The notes beneath the pieces were generated by a model. That model was not told the DNA's origin, ran no database searches, and saw only the letters and a program-made list of their open reading frames with translations. A DNA stretch of 64,000 nt from Octopus vulgaris (taxonomy: Eukaryota): contig OX597818.1 in assembly GCA_951406725.2 (NCBI GenBank), positions 71,734,001-71,798,000 on the forward strand, written 5' to 3'. Shown piece after piece: positions 1 through 12,687 of the stretch. Position 1 is the first letter of the stretch. Each line of letters opens with the position of its first letter. Position numbers and translations under genes: made by a program.

Positions 1-2290
1 TTCTACCACGCTATGAAGGGCATTATAAGAAATATCCCTCGGGCAGACAAAATCATTGTACTGGGTGACTTTAATGCTAGAGTGGGTAAGGATTTTAACA
101 CATGGACTGTAATTGGAAAGCATGGGGTGGGGAAGTGTAATAGTAATGGCATGCTTTTGCTGTAGATGTGTGAGGAGCTGAGTCTGTGTCTTACCAATAC
201 CATGTTTCAATAAAAGAATATGCTTAAGACTAAATGGATGCACCCTGCATCTAAAGAATAGCATATTCTGGATGATATCCTAGTTAGGGTCCGTGACAGA
301 CAGGATGTGCAGTGTGTTCGTGTTCTTCGTGGAGCTGAGTGTTGGCCTGACCACCGCCTAGTACGTGCAAAAGTGAAATTAGTCACAAAACATAAAATCC
401 GAGCTGCAGGGATGACCCTGCCTAAAAGACTGAATGTTGATCGTCTTAGGTATAATAGTGTGAAGAGAACTTTACAAGAGGAAATGAATGCTGCAGATAT
501 TGGGGAGGATTGACCGACCCTTAAAAAGTCAGTTTATGATATAGGCAAAACAGTTCTGGGATTGATACAAAGAAAGCATCAAGATTGGTTCAAAGAAAAT
601 GATGAACATATAGATGATTTATTGGCTGATAAAAGACGTACTTTGTCACGCTATTTGTCAGCAAAGTCACAGGAAAGGGAAGTGTTGCATAGGGAACTCA
701 AGGACGTAAAATCACGTGTGAGGCAAAAACTCTCTCAGATGAGGGATACGTGGTGGAGTAAGAAGGCTGACGAGATACAGGCGGCATCAGATTCCAATAA
801 TACAAAGCTGTTGTATGATCTCTTGCGAGAAATTTATGGACCGACATCTTCCCCGATGACACCAATTCGAAGTAGGGATGGTAAAGAACTTCTTCGTGAT
901 TCACAAGGAATTCTGCAAAGGTGGCAAGAACACTTTGATGAACTTTTGAATCAGTATTCTGTAGTTAGTGAGGATGTTCTCAATCTCATCCCTGGATTGC
1001 CTGTGAAGGCAGCACTCGCAGAACCACCAAAGTTGGAAGAAGTTGCAATGGCTGTCTCAAGGTTGAATAATAGGAAGTCTCCGGGTATGGATGACATACA
1101 TGCAGAGTTGTTACAGCATGGTGGTGAGAAAATTCTGCAGAAACTTCACTCTTTGATTGGTAAGGTATGGACTAGTGAATCTGTACCTGAGGACTGGAGA
1201 GATGCAGTAATGGTGGTCCTGTATAAGGGAAAGGACAACAGGAATGATTGTGGTAATTATAGGGGAATATCATTGCTGTCTGCTGTAGGAAAAGTTTTAT
1301 GCAGGATACTTCTGGATCGTCTGCTGAAATACATTGTAGATTGTGTTCTTCCAGAAAGTCAATCTGGCTTTTGTGTGTGACGCGGCACTGCTGATATGAT
1401 CTTTTCAGCTAGACAGCTTCAGGAAAAGTGTGTGGAACAGGGTCTGGATTTGTATCAGATGTTTGTCGATCTGACAAAAGCCTTTGATACCGTCAATAGA
1501 AAAGCATTGTGGAAAGTCCTCCAGAAACTTGGGTGTCCTGAAAAGTTCCTTGCTTTGGTTAGGTCTTTCCATGAAGACATGAATGGTAGGGTGAATGTTA
1601 GAGGGAAGATGTCGGAGCCTATTTCAATACAAAATGGAGTGAAACAGGGGGATATTCTGGCACTGACCCTATTTTCCATATATTTCGCGATGGTGTTCTG
1701 TATTGCATTCAGAAACTGCAGATACGGTGTTTACGTCCATTATCGAACCTCTGGCAGCATATTTAATATCAGGCGCCTTGCTGCAAAAACAAAGATATTT
1801 ACCTCTATCATAAGAGACCTTTTGTATGCTGATGATTGTGAGCTAGTAGCACACACAGAGATTGACATGCAACACATTTTGAATGCATTCTCTGATGCTT
1901 GCACTGCCTTAGGATGGACAGTCAATCTCAAGAAAACTGTTGTCATGCATCAACCTGCCCCTGGTAAGCAATATAGTGTACCAAATATCTATGTGAATGG
2001 TAAACGACTTGATGTAGTCGATCAGTTTGTCTACCTGGGAAGCACTATTAATAGATATGGCAATGTGGATGATGAAATTCCATATAGAATTAGGAAAGCA
2101 AGTGTTGCTTTCGGAAGGCTAGAAAAGCGCCTCTGGAGTCGGCGAGACATATGCAGAAAGACAAAGATAAAGGTGTACAAGGCATGTGTGCTCCCTTCTC
2201 TTCTCTATGCCTGCGAGACGTGGGTCACATATCGATACCACCTTAAACATCTGGAACGTTTCCATCAGATGTGCCTCAGACGGATCTATA

Positions 2291-3230
2291 CGAGGGGCGT
2301 TCAATAAGTAATGCCCCTGACCCACTTCCCATAGCAGTAGAGCAACGACACTTGGCCCAGTTATTAGTCTTTTCCTACATAGGAACTACCCAGAGTTATG
2401 CATTTCTCCCATCGTTTGATACAGCTCTGGAGACCGTTTTTGTAGAAGACTCCAGCTTGGTCCTCCAACCACGACGTGACTTCAGAAATCAAGGCTGCAT
2501 CATCTGGGAAACGCTTTCCTTTCAAAATCAACTTCATGGCTGGGAAGAGGTGAAAATCAGAGGGTGCAAGGAGGAGTTCATAGCTGCACGCCTGTGCTTC
2601 TGATCTGGCGACACGCGAGTTGTGGACCGGAGCGTTGTCCTGCAGGAGGAGGATGCCTTTGCTGATCTTGCCCCGCCTCTTGATTTTGATAGCTTCTCTT
2701 AATTTCCTCAAAAGTGAAGCATAATAGGCTCCTGTAATTGTGGTATCCTTTGCCAGGAAATCTGTCATCACTACTCCGTCCTGGTCCCAGAAGACTGTGA
2801 GCATACCCTTGTCAGCGGAGGGCTGCACCCTTGCCTTCTTTGGAGGAGGTGAGTCACGGTGCTTTCACTGCATTGACTGGGCTTTGGTCTATGAATCATA
2901 GTGATGGACCCAGGTTTTATCCTGTGTGATCAGTCTTTTGAAAAATTTTGACTCATCTTCTTGGCACATCTCCAAATTCATCCTCGAGCACTCAACGCGT
3001 TCTTGCTTCTGGAAAGGTGTGAGCAACCTGGAAATCCATCTGGCAGACACCTTTTGCATATGCAAATGGTCATGAATGATAGTTTCCACAGACCCGGTAC
3101 TAATCTTGACCTTATGGGCTATTTGGCGAATAGTTATGCGTTGACCTTCCAAAATGGCAGCCTCAACTTGACGGACAGACGTCTCATCAACGGCAGAAGG
3201 GGGCGACCAGATCTGGGAGCTGTTTCCACA
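2291..3230 (-). mobile_element. Mariner (DD34D-type) transposon fragment retaining only one TIR
   Basis: TA|CGAGGGGCGTTCAATAAGTAATGCC TIR at 2289-2315. Minus-strand ORFs give KVSARWISRLLT, ITQDKTWVHHYD, LLLQDNAPVH, LAPSDFHLF, KRWEKCI. The 5' part and other TIR are missing. Confidence 0.93.
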
Positions 3231-3232
3231 GA

Positions 3233-3847
3233 ATGAAGGATTCAAGGATACCAAAACAACTCTTTTATGGAGAGTTAGCTAATGGAGAACGACCTCCACA
3301 TAAACCAAAAAAGAGGTATAAGGACTTGCTGAAGGCTTCCTTAAGAGATGCTTGCATCTCTTCTGACACATGGGAAGGCATAGCTATTGATCGTAGCAGG
3401 TGGAGAAGGATTGTGCATGAGGGGGCAGCCACGTTTGAGAAATTTCGAGTTGCACATGAGAAAGTAAGGAGGGATGTCAGGAAGAGCATCGCTGTTACAC
3501 TTCCAGAAGGGAAGGGTCTTCCTTTGATTCTGACATGCAATGTCTGTGCAAGATCCTGCCTCAGTAAAGCTGGACTCATGAGTCATCTTCGTAGTCATAA
3601 AACGAGACAGATGAGTGACAACCTGGCCACTGGTAGTGGTGTAACACACCATACGAATCATATCTCTCGGGCATGTGGAAGAGAGTGTAATTCGGCAGGA
3701 GGACTTCAACGACATGCAAAGGTACATGAAGCCCAGTTACAACTACAGTCGGCTATTACCAGTAAAGGTCTTAGTTGCCAATTTTGTACAAGACATTGTA
3801 GATCTTTAGCTGGGCTAAAAAGTCACATTCGATCACAGCATCAGTAA
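3233..3847 (+). pseudogene. C-terminal part of the RTE ORF with three tandem C2H2-like zinc fingers
   Basis: CNVC..HLRSH, (S)RAC..HAKVH and CQFC..HIRSQH motifs follow the RTE post-RT motif RIPKQLFYGEL..PKKRYKD..DRSRWR. Confidence 0.88.
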
Positions 3848-3900
3848 CAGTTAAGCTTCGTGCAATGGCCATACTCGATAACGAAGGGGCAGCCATAAAG

Positions 3901-4012
<112 letters not shown>

Positions 4013-4271
4013 TGCGTATGGATGAATGGTTGACTGTGGATACTCTGAATGTAAACAAGAAACTTTCGAAATATTTTCTTCGTGAACGAAGTGAACGTTT
4101 AGAAATAGGAACGAAAAGAAAAAAAATCATGATTTGGGAGAATGCAATTGTGCAATATCAAATTAAATGATGTGCATTCAAGCTTTAAATCTGAAACAAT
4201 GTTTGTTTCCTAATTCTCATGTCAAGTCATTATTATCTTACATGTTTTATAGATTATCATTTACCAATTTA

Positions 4272-7200
4272 CATAGTGGCCCAAATTAGAGAACGAAAAT
4301 AAAAAGTAAAGATATTTACATTTCTACTTCATTTTTCAGAAAGGGATTTTTACTGTATATTCTTTAAAGTATGTTCATTATTTACAATAAATTTTGTAGG
4401 AAGTGATTAATAACTAAATAATTTTTAATAGAAAAAAATGTTTATTTGAAAAATACAAGTTAGACAAAATTAGATGGAAAAAATGTATGACGTAAAATTC
4501 CTGAAATCAAAATTCAGCCACAAAGTTTTACAATCTACATCAATATATCAATAAAATGTGTACGTTCCTTTATTTTTAATGACTTCAGCACATCTCCGTC
4601 CACAGAATTTGACCAATTTCTCACATTGTTCTGACGTAAAGTTGCAGCAATAAACATGATGAACCATGCCCCCATGATCTCAGAGCAAGGGGTGGGGACT
4701 AATAAGGATCAAACAGGAACAGAAAAAGGAATGGACTCGGATCGGAAATAGGCAACGAGAAGGGAAACGTTAAAGGAAATATAGATGAGGAATTCAGCTG
4801 CTGCGGAAAGGTGCTTTCTAGTTACATCGGGCTGAGAATTCACCTAGGGAAAGTGTGTTAGAAGAAAGTGATTCAAGAGCGCGGGTTGAAAAACCAGAAG
4901 ACGTGTGGCCAGAATCTCCTGGAAAGAAACCATAGCGAGGGTCATTCCACAGTTGAATCGGAAAAGCCAAGAAGAGAAACAAGCGTGAAGAAGCCAACGA
5001 TTAAGTGGTCGAAGGCAAATGATACAGCAAGCTATAAGAAATTCAACGACGAGGTAGCAATAATGACCACCAAATTCAAAGGGGACAATGAACAAAAGCT
5101 CGAGAACTTGGCCAATATAATCTATCAGAAAGGAGAGAAAAGATTTGGACTTGAAAACAACAAGAAATGGAGAATCATCGGCAAAGGGCGGAACATGGAG
5201 GAGAGAAAGATGGATAGCAAAGATACGAGAAGAAAAAACTCAGAACCAGATGGAGGGATGCAAAAGAGGAGGAAAAAGAAGGGTTAAAACAGCTATATGA
5301 AGAGATAAAAAAGAGGCATCGAGAACAACTAAGAAAGGAAAGAAGGAAGAACAGAAGAAAGGAGAGAGAAAAGAACTATCACAGTTTTGTAAACAACCCA
5401 TAACAATATGCAAAACGTTTATTTACTGAAAGTAAAAGGGGAAGATTGTATTGCACGAAACAGGACCGCGAACGCCGTCTTAACGGGACATACAGCGACG
5501 CTGATAGAAATAAAGTACTCTCAGAAATGCTCGGGCTGAAGCAACCACCATTCAATTTGAGAGTGACATCAGACGGAAAGAAATGGCTGAATTCATTGGA
5601 AAAGCAAGAGCAAAATGTTCATCAGGGAACGACGGAGTTAGCTACAAGGTTTATAAGTATTGCCCAAAATTGCATTTACAACTGTTTGCACTGATAAGGG
5701 AAATGTGGAAGAAGAAAGACGTAGCAGAGCGATTGTGTAAGGCTGAAGATATTTATTTACCTAAAGAGAAGGAGGCAAAAACACTAGGGCAATTCAGACC
5801 CATTTCACTATTAAATATCGATGGGAAAATCCTGTTTGGAATCATTGCCAGGTGAATGCCAAGTTGTTCAAAGAATGCTCACGTGTTACTACGATAAATT
5901 GAAGATGAGATTTACAGCAGGGAAGTTCACAACGGAGTGGCAACGGCTTGAAGTAGGTATTGCAACTGGATGCACGATATCAGTATTCTTATTTATGCTG
6001 GTCATGGAGATGTTACTAAGATCAACAAACTGTGAGAAATCTGTTACAAAGACATCATTCAAGGCTTTTATGGACGACGTTACTGTATTATCAGAAAGTA
6101 GAGAAGCAGCAGATGGAACGTTAGAGCGGTTGGACGAACTAATAGGAAGGGCGCAAATCGCGAAGCGCGGCTTTCGTGAAAAGAGTCCAAAAAGAAGGGA
6201 AATTTAGGATAGGAGGTGAAGACATACCAACGGTGAAAGAACAACCAGTAAAGAGTCTCGGCAGATGATATAGAAATGTAATGTTGGATACTGTAATTTG
6301 GACTGTACCCAAGGATTATGTGGCCATTGAAAATGTATGAAATAGCCTCAAGTAGAGTAGAAAGGATGGAACAAAGATGCTGTGTGTTTATCAGAAAATG
6401 GCTTGACCTTCCCAAACCACTGAGTACAACTGCACTATATGGAAAACCTGTGCTGCAACTACCGATAACATCAATTGCCGAAGAATTGCAGGAAAGGCAA
6501 GGACAGTAATGATGCTAAGGTATTCGAAAGATCAGAAATCCGAAAAAACCCTCCAAAGGTACGAACAGAGACGAAATAGAAAGCGAAAGAGGCAGTAAAC
6601 AAGGCGATCGGAAAGCTAAGGCATGCCGATATAGTCGGAGCGACGCAGGAAGCAAGAGTCTGTCTAGGGGTGCACAATTTCAAGCCATTTTGCATAAGCA
6701 GTGTAAAAGTGATGAAAGAGGCAATGGTACACGAAGCAAGGAGGAAGAAGAAAGGCGAAATGTACATTTGGTGCAATGTAGTCAACAGGGACAGTGCCTG
6801 TGATAGGAGGAATATGTAGTCAGTCGCAGAATCTCACGGAAGGGACTTTGGGTTTCGGAACAAGCAAGAACACCCTTCCTGATCAAGTCTCCTTTCGAAG
6901 TTTTACCTTCACCATCGAATTTAGTCCAGTGGAACATACAAACAAACAACTGATGAATGTAGATGCAGAGAGAAAGCGACGGTAAGACATGTTCTGTCAA
7001 ACTACAGACTAGGACTAAACCGATATACATGGCGTCACAATCAAGTCACCGGTGTCATAAGCGCAGCACTCAAAGAGAAGATCAAGGGATATAATAAGGG
7101 AGAATACCCGAAAGTGGAAAAGCGCGGAAAAATATACTTCCAGAAGGAGGGAAAAGGACGTAAGGCCAAGTCTTCAAATAAAATATATGAGACAGCAAAG

Positions 7201-9416
7201 GATGGAAGGGATTTGGGGAGATGGCCGCAGATTTGGAAAGACTGTTAATATTTCCACTCATAAAAACAACAAAAAAGCCGGACTTAATCCTATGGAACAC
7301 AGAACAGAAAATTGGAATTTTGCTAGAGCTGACAGTGCGATGGGAAGAAAACATCGCTAATGCAAGGTAACGGAAGAAGAGGTATGGGAGATTAATCGAA
7401 GAGTGCGGAGAACAGGGGGTGGACTGTTGAGTATTAGCACCTGGCAGTAGGGGCTAGAGGCTTCATTGAAAGGAAAATGACGACGTTATTAAAAAGAAGG
7501 TTTGCATTTTCGTGCTGAGGGCTGAGCAAAGTAATAAGGATACAGGAGGCAGTCGAAAAAGCCAGCTTCTATATATGACTGAAGCGAGGAGACCCAAAAT
7601 AGCCAAATTTCTCGACTGGGTAATAGCGTCGCTAGGTGAGGCTGGCTGACACTTAAACAGCATCGCTGATTGACAGGTGGGCCAAGGTAGCGATCTCGTT
7701 CATAGCGCGCCCTCCTCCTGGTTCGAAAGCTTGTGCCACCAAACAGCTGGTCGGCTCTGGCTGCTGGGACTGAAACTAACACGACTCAAGGTAGGTTTAG
7801 AGAGGGCGTGGGCTAAAACTATGCACCCTTCCCCTCCATTGGTCAGTTGAAGCTTAGACAGTGTCACATGATAGTTAGCTGGTGCTGGTTGCTGGAGCCT
7901 ACCGGCGAGTATTTCAAGGGAAATTTGGCAGGATGGTCAGTAGCCCGCTGACATTCGTTGACGCTGCATAGAAGAAACTAAAGAACAGAAGAAAAAAGGA
8001 GAAAGAAGAAACGCACTCAACACCAAAGCTAATGACACTTCCGAAGGTAGAGGAGTAGGGGCCGAAACTGGACGTGGTTCCTCCTGATGATGTCTTTAGC
8101 TACTGGATCCTATAAAAGAGCTGTTGAGGTAGCGAACCACGAAACGTGGTTGGAATTCCTCCATCCGTTCTTCCTGAAGTTTTCCCCACAAAATCGTAAT
8201 ATTCTCAGGTCGTAACATTCGGTGCTTTCTGATCTTATCACCATGTATCTTCCATAAGTTTTCAACGAGAGTAAGGTCAGCTGGCCAATGCATCACAATA
8301 CTGTTTTCAGCTTCAAACGTCTCCTTGACTATTTTAATACTGTGACTTGGCACATTATCCTGCATAAAGATTGGCTGACACGCTGGAGATGACTTCATAG
8401 CTGGCACAACATGTTGCAGAACGATGCTTTTGTATATAGCTGCATTCACATTACCATGAATCCAGATCAAAGGCCCACACCTGCTTCAGAAATCATTACC
8501 AACACTATTAAACCCCAACGTCCAAATTTAACTGATTTCTTCAAACATTTAGGAAACAATCTTTCATCCTTACAGCATCTCACGTACTGTCTACTATTGG
8601 AGCCAACCAAATTGAACTTGCTTTCGTCACTGAAAAACATACGCAACCAGTTGTCGCCGCCCAAAGTACGTGCTCGTTGGCAAAAGCTAACTTCGCTTTT
8701 CGGTTCTTCATACTGATAAGAAGTTTAATGGCGGGGAAACGGGTCTGAAGTTTGACTTCTTTCAAACGACGAGCCAGAGTCATCTGAAACATATTCATTC
8801 CGTAATCACGATTTGCTTGGCGAGAAATTCCTGCTGTTAAGAAACGGTTTCTTAAAGATAGCCTCTAAATCACACGGTCTTGTCGAACACTTGTTTTCTG
8901 TGGTCTCCCTGGTTTTTTTAGTGACATAAACGAGTTTGTTTCTTCATAAAGTTTGAGTATTCTTGAAACATCACCTTTTGATCAGTTAATGTCGCTGGTC
9001 ATTGCAGATATTGTCATCCCTTCTTGTCATCCCATTGCAGATATTGTCATCCCTTCAATGTGACCACTCCCTTCCTGAGGCTTTCATCAACTTTACGTCG
9101 GCTTTCCATGGTTGTTAATTCATTGCTGTTCTATATAAATCTTTGCACTGTTAGGTCAACTTAGTTTACATCGGTCGGAGCGTTTTCAGATTTTACTTTT
9201 TGAATTTTACGCCATACGTTCTCTAATTTTGTCCACCTTGTATTTTTCTCTATTATAAATTATATAGTTATTAATTAATTCCTACAAAATTTACAAAATA
9301 CTCTAAAGTATATATACTTTAAAATAATAAACTATAAAAACCCCATTCGGGTAAATGAAGTAGAAATGTCAATATCTTTAATTTTTATTTTCGTTCTCTA
9401 ATTTTGGTCACTACTG
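4272..9416 (-). mobile_element. Tc1-family transposon with long IR/DR termini, split by a non-LTR insertion
   Basis: TA-flanked inverted termini: CATAGTGGCCCAAATTAGAGAACG.. at 4272 vs ..CGTTCTCTAATTTTGGTCACTACTG at 9416, with inner repeats near 4460 and 9220. Transposase from ATG at 9109 (minus): FSDESKF, FMQDN, LVENLW, LQEE(R/W) ending at 8165, continuing at 4646 as CNFTSEQCEKLVKFCGRRCAEVIKNKGTYTFY*. Confidence 0.92.
4647..8164 (+). mobile_element. HERO-like non-LTR retrotransposon (RT + restriction-like endonuclease), decayed and internally deleted
   Basis: N-terminal zinc finger (CCGKVLSSYIGLRIHLGKVC, about 4798-4858). RT motifs FRPISLLNIDGK, GCTISV, AFMDDVTV. Post-RT RYTWRHNQV and RLE motif KPDLILW..LLELTVRWEEN. 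Clade assignment is from remembered motif pattern, not from a search. Confidence 0.82.
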
Positions 9417-10049
9417 TACACCGAAAGGTTATGGAATAAAACTTATTCAATTCTAACGATTTATCTTTAGTATACAAAAATAAAACCTTTATTTACTTAA
9501 TCAATTGGGTAACGTTAATCAATTGCCGATATATTTCGAAAACTGACTGATCCTAAAATTGTGTCTGTTCGTAAAGGTGGTAGTGGAAAACAGTACTATA
9601 TAGTAATTGCTATATAATAACAACCGACATAAATTGCTGGCTGTTGGTTGAGTTCTGTCACACTTCACACTGTATCGAGAAGGGGAAAGAATAAAAGAGT
9701 TAACAATAAAGGTGCAAGATGATAGTCTTATAATTTTCTGAAAAATACACAATTTTTAAAAATGAAACTTTGCAGAAATAGGCTTTCAGTGGAGTAGATT
9801 GCAATTACGTTGATAAAATTTAGAAACATAATAGCGTATATTTATTGCAAATATACAAATGAGAAATTTGTTTTGTTTCCTTTTATTTTAAGGTCATAAA
9901 TATTTTTCTTTTGAAAGTTAATGTTTATTTCATCATTGTGTATAAGCAAAAAAAAAAAGAAGAAAAAATTGATAAAAGTTAAATTACAATTATTGTATAT
10001 ATGGCATATTCCCTGATATTAGCCATGGTGGCAAACATGTACTTTCAGA

Positions 10050-10550
10050 GTTACCCACCATATGATGGTTTACACCTTGGTAATCACTGTTATTCTTAAT
10101 CGTCATAAACTGTCTTCGCATATTGAATTCAAACATAAAATGCTACCAAAAGGGATTACATCTGTTATCGTTGTTGCAAATGAATCAGGCTGGATATGGA
10201 TTAATGTTTGAGGCGTAGATTCGATTGGTTTGGAATTGTCGTGCTGGTACTTTGCTTCTATCAAAATCAATGTTCGTATCGAATTCTTTTCGTAGACATT
10301 TTACTGATAATGTAAAAAAGAGTGTGCAGTAACATAAAGCAGATTTTGTTGTCATTCTAGGTGGATTAACAGGTATTTTAAAATCACTGGATATTGGACA
10401 CTAATAGATACTTAAACAAAAATTGAAAGTATTATATTTAGAATACGTAGTAAAGCACAGCCACGGTTTTACTGCTTTAGACAAAATTAAAAGAGCCTTC
10501 ACTGCATTCAATTTTGTATCATGGACGGAAGAATCTCAGAACTATTGATT
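10050..10550 (+). pseudogene. Highly decayed pogo/Tigger-type DDE transposase remnant
   Basis: Translates in pieces as HKLSSHIEFKHKMLPKG..VVANESGW and ADFVVILGGLTGILKSLDIG, resembling the pogo motifs KLPP.VIFK.K, N.KGW and VIPGGLTS.LQPLD. Confidence 0.6.
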
Positions 10551-10639
10551 CTGATAGCCTTAATGGTGAAAATAAAATAAAATACATTGCGAATGGACGG
10601 ATGGATCAAAAAGATGGCGGTATGTGACAAGAATATATT

Positions 10640-10805
10640 GATATTGATAATGATGAGAGGATGATGGTGATGATGCGAATGACGACGACGAGGACGACGA
10701 TGATTATAATGATGATGACGACGGCGACGACGATGAGGATAGCGATGATGATGGCGATGATGATGATGATGTTGATAATGATATAATGACGACTACAGTG
10801 ATGGT
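10640..10805. repeat. Imperfect (GAT/GAC)n trinucleotide repeat
   Basis: Directly visible. Confidence 0.9.
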
Positions 10806-10939
10806 GGAACAATCATACACATACATGCATACACGCACTCACGTACACAACACACACACAGGTACGCAAACACATGCACACACACACACGCGCGCGCACA
10901 CACACGCGCACGCACGCACGCACACATATATACACACAT

Positions 10940-11272
10940 ACTCAACGGGCTTCCACGCAGTTTCCGACTACCAAATAAAGTTACAAGCCATTGCACGCAC
11001 ACACACACACACACTCATATATACACACATACACGACGGGCTTCCACGCAGTTTCCGACTACCAAATAAAGTTACAAGCCATTGCACGCACACACACTCA
11101 TATATACACACATACTCGACGGGCTTCCACGCAGTTTCCGACTACCAAATAAAGTTACAAGCCATTGGTCGGTCTGGAGCTATAATAGAAGTCACTTAAC
11201 CACGGTTCTTTGCAGTGGGACTGAATCCGAAAAAAATATGCTCGCAAAGCGAGCTTCTTAATCACGTAGTCA
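10940..11272 (-). mobile_element. SINE family A, 5' part, with an internal segment in three tandem copies
   Basis: ACGGGCTTCCACGCAGTTTCCGACTACCAAATAAAGTTACAAGCCATTG occurs at about 10945, 11036 and 11119. It is followed by the reverse complement of the tRNA-like head seen at 56753. Confidence 0.8.
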
Positions 11273-11639
11273 TTGTTTTCAAAATTAACTGAAACAGAGT
11301 CTGTGTATTTCAACAGAAATATGGGGAAAAAAGGGTGAAAGAAACCTTTCTAAAAATAAAAGGCAAAATCCCTACTCCGCGTAAGAAAAGAGTGCGCATT
11401 ACACACAGTTAAATACGATATATTGCACTACTTTTTGGTTTTGCATTCACATTGCTTTATATTTCATGTTTTGATTCCTAGATGAAGAAATTCGGGACAA
11501 AGAATGAAAATTCAAATTTTGTTTATATCTCGTAAATGTTTGAGTACCCGGCCCTTCCCCACGAATACTGTATTAAAAACTCGGCTAGGTTCTAGTTTTA
11601 TTTTATTTTTCTTATTAAGGCTTTCTCGAGTTTTGTATG

Positions 11640-11721
11640 CTTATATGCATGTATATGTGAGTGTGTGTATGAGTATGTATATACATGTTTGTATACGCCC
11701 ACAAACATACATATTTATGTA

Positions 11722-11774
<53 letters not shown>

Positions 11775-11916
11775 GTGTATATATATATATATATTCATAT
11801 ACGTATATACATACATAGGCATACACACATATACATGTATATACACATGTATATATATATATACATATATATATATACACACACATGTGTGTGTGTGTAT
11901 TATACATATATAATGT

Positions 11917-11956
<40 letters not shown>

Positions 11957-12155
11957 TCATTCACTCATACACACACACAGCCCTCAGAAATATGTTTTTG
12001 TAAATGTAAACGCCATCATAACATTTGAATAACATTTAATTGAAAATGCGTTTCTTCATTTCCCCAGTCTCTCGCTCCATATTTGCCTTCTCTGTCTCTC
12101 TTTCTCTCTGTACATATATACATATATGTGATATATACAATATAAAAGATATGTA

Positions 12156-12193
<38 letters not shown>

Positions 12194-12310
12194 ACACATA
12201 TACACATGCAGATACACATATACATACTTATAGTCATACGAATATATGTACGTATGTGTATGAACAATTACGTATGCACAGACGCACACATTCATACAGT
12301 ATGCTTCTGA
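11640..12310. repeat. (TA)n/(CA)n microsatellite-rich low-complexity tract
   Basis: Directly visible; source of spurious YI/VC/TH ORFs. Confidence 0.95.
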
Positions 12311-12597
12311 GTGCGTTTATGTTTACGTGTGTCTATAATTTCGGGGAAAGCATATAGGGATATTTAAAAACAAAATGTAATGACTGCCAGGTGTGAATTG
12401 ACTGAAAATTTTCTGCCCTCAATACATTACCATTTAGACAGTGAAGCCGTCCTGCAACTAGCGGAATGTTGTTTTCCATAATCCTGTAATTTCATGCATA
12501 TGTAGTCAGAGACATTCCGTTTGTCCCTATACGGCGTTTGCTTTTATGATATATGTATATATTGGATAAGTATTTTACATAGTGTGTGTGTGTGTGC

Positions 12598-12687
<90 letters not shown>

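Larger units (their letters stand above)
1..3897 (+). mobile_element. RTE-clade LINE (APE endonuclease + RT + C-terminal C2H2 fingers), decayed, 5' end outside the window, interrupted by a mariner
   Basis: APE motifs ([12 protein letters not shown] near 50-85; CWPDHRLV) and RT motifs (NYRGISLLS, PESQSGF, FVDLTKAFD, GVKQGD, LLYADD, FVYLGS, LLYACETW) across ORFs 307-513, 562-1380 and 1396-2307. Frame resumes at 3233 (RMKDSRIPKQLFYGEL). Several in-frame stops. Ends at (TA)n at about 3900. Confidence 0.95.

Noticed and set aside
3233-3847. Possible host C2H2 zinc-finger gene
   Set aside because: In frame with RTE post-RT motifs, lacks TGEKP linkers, and ends at the LINE 3' tail.
8060-8095. Permuted hammerhead (GAAAC...CTGATGA) in the HERO-like 3' UTR
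   Set aside because: Stem II closing pair and stems I/III cannot be formed convincingly.
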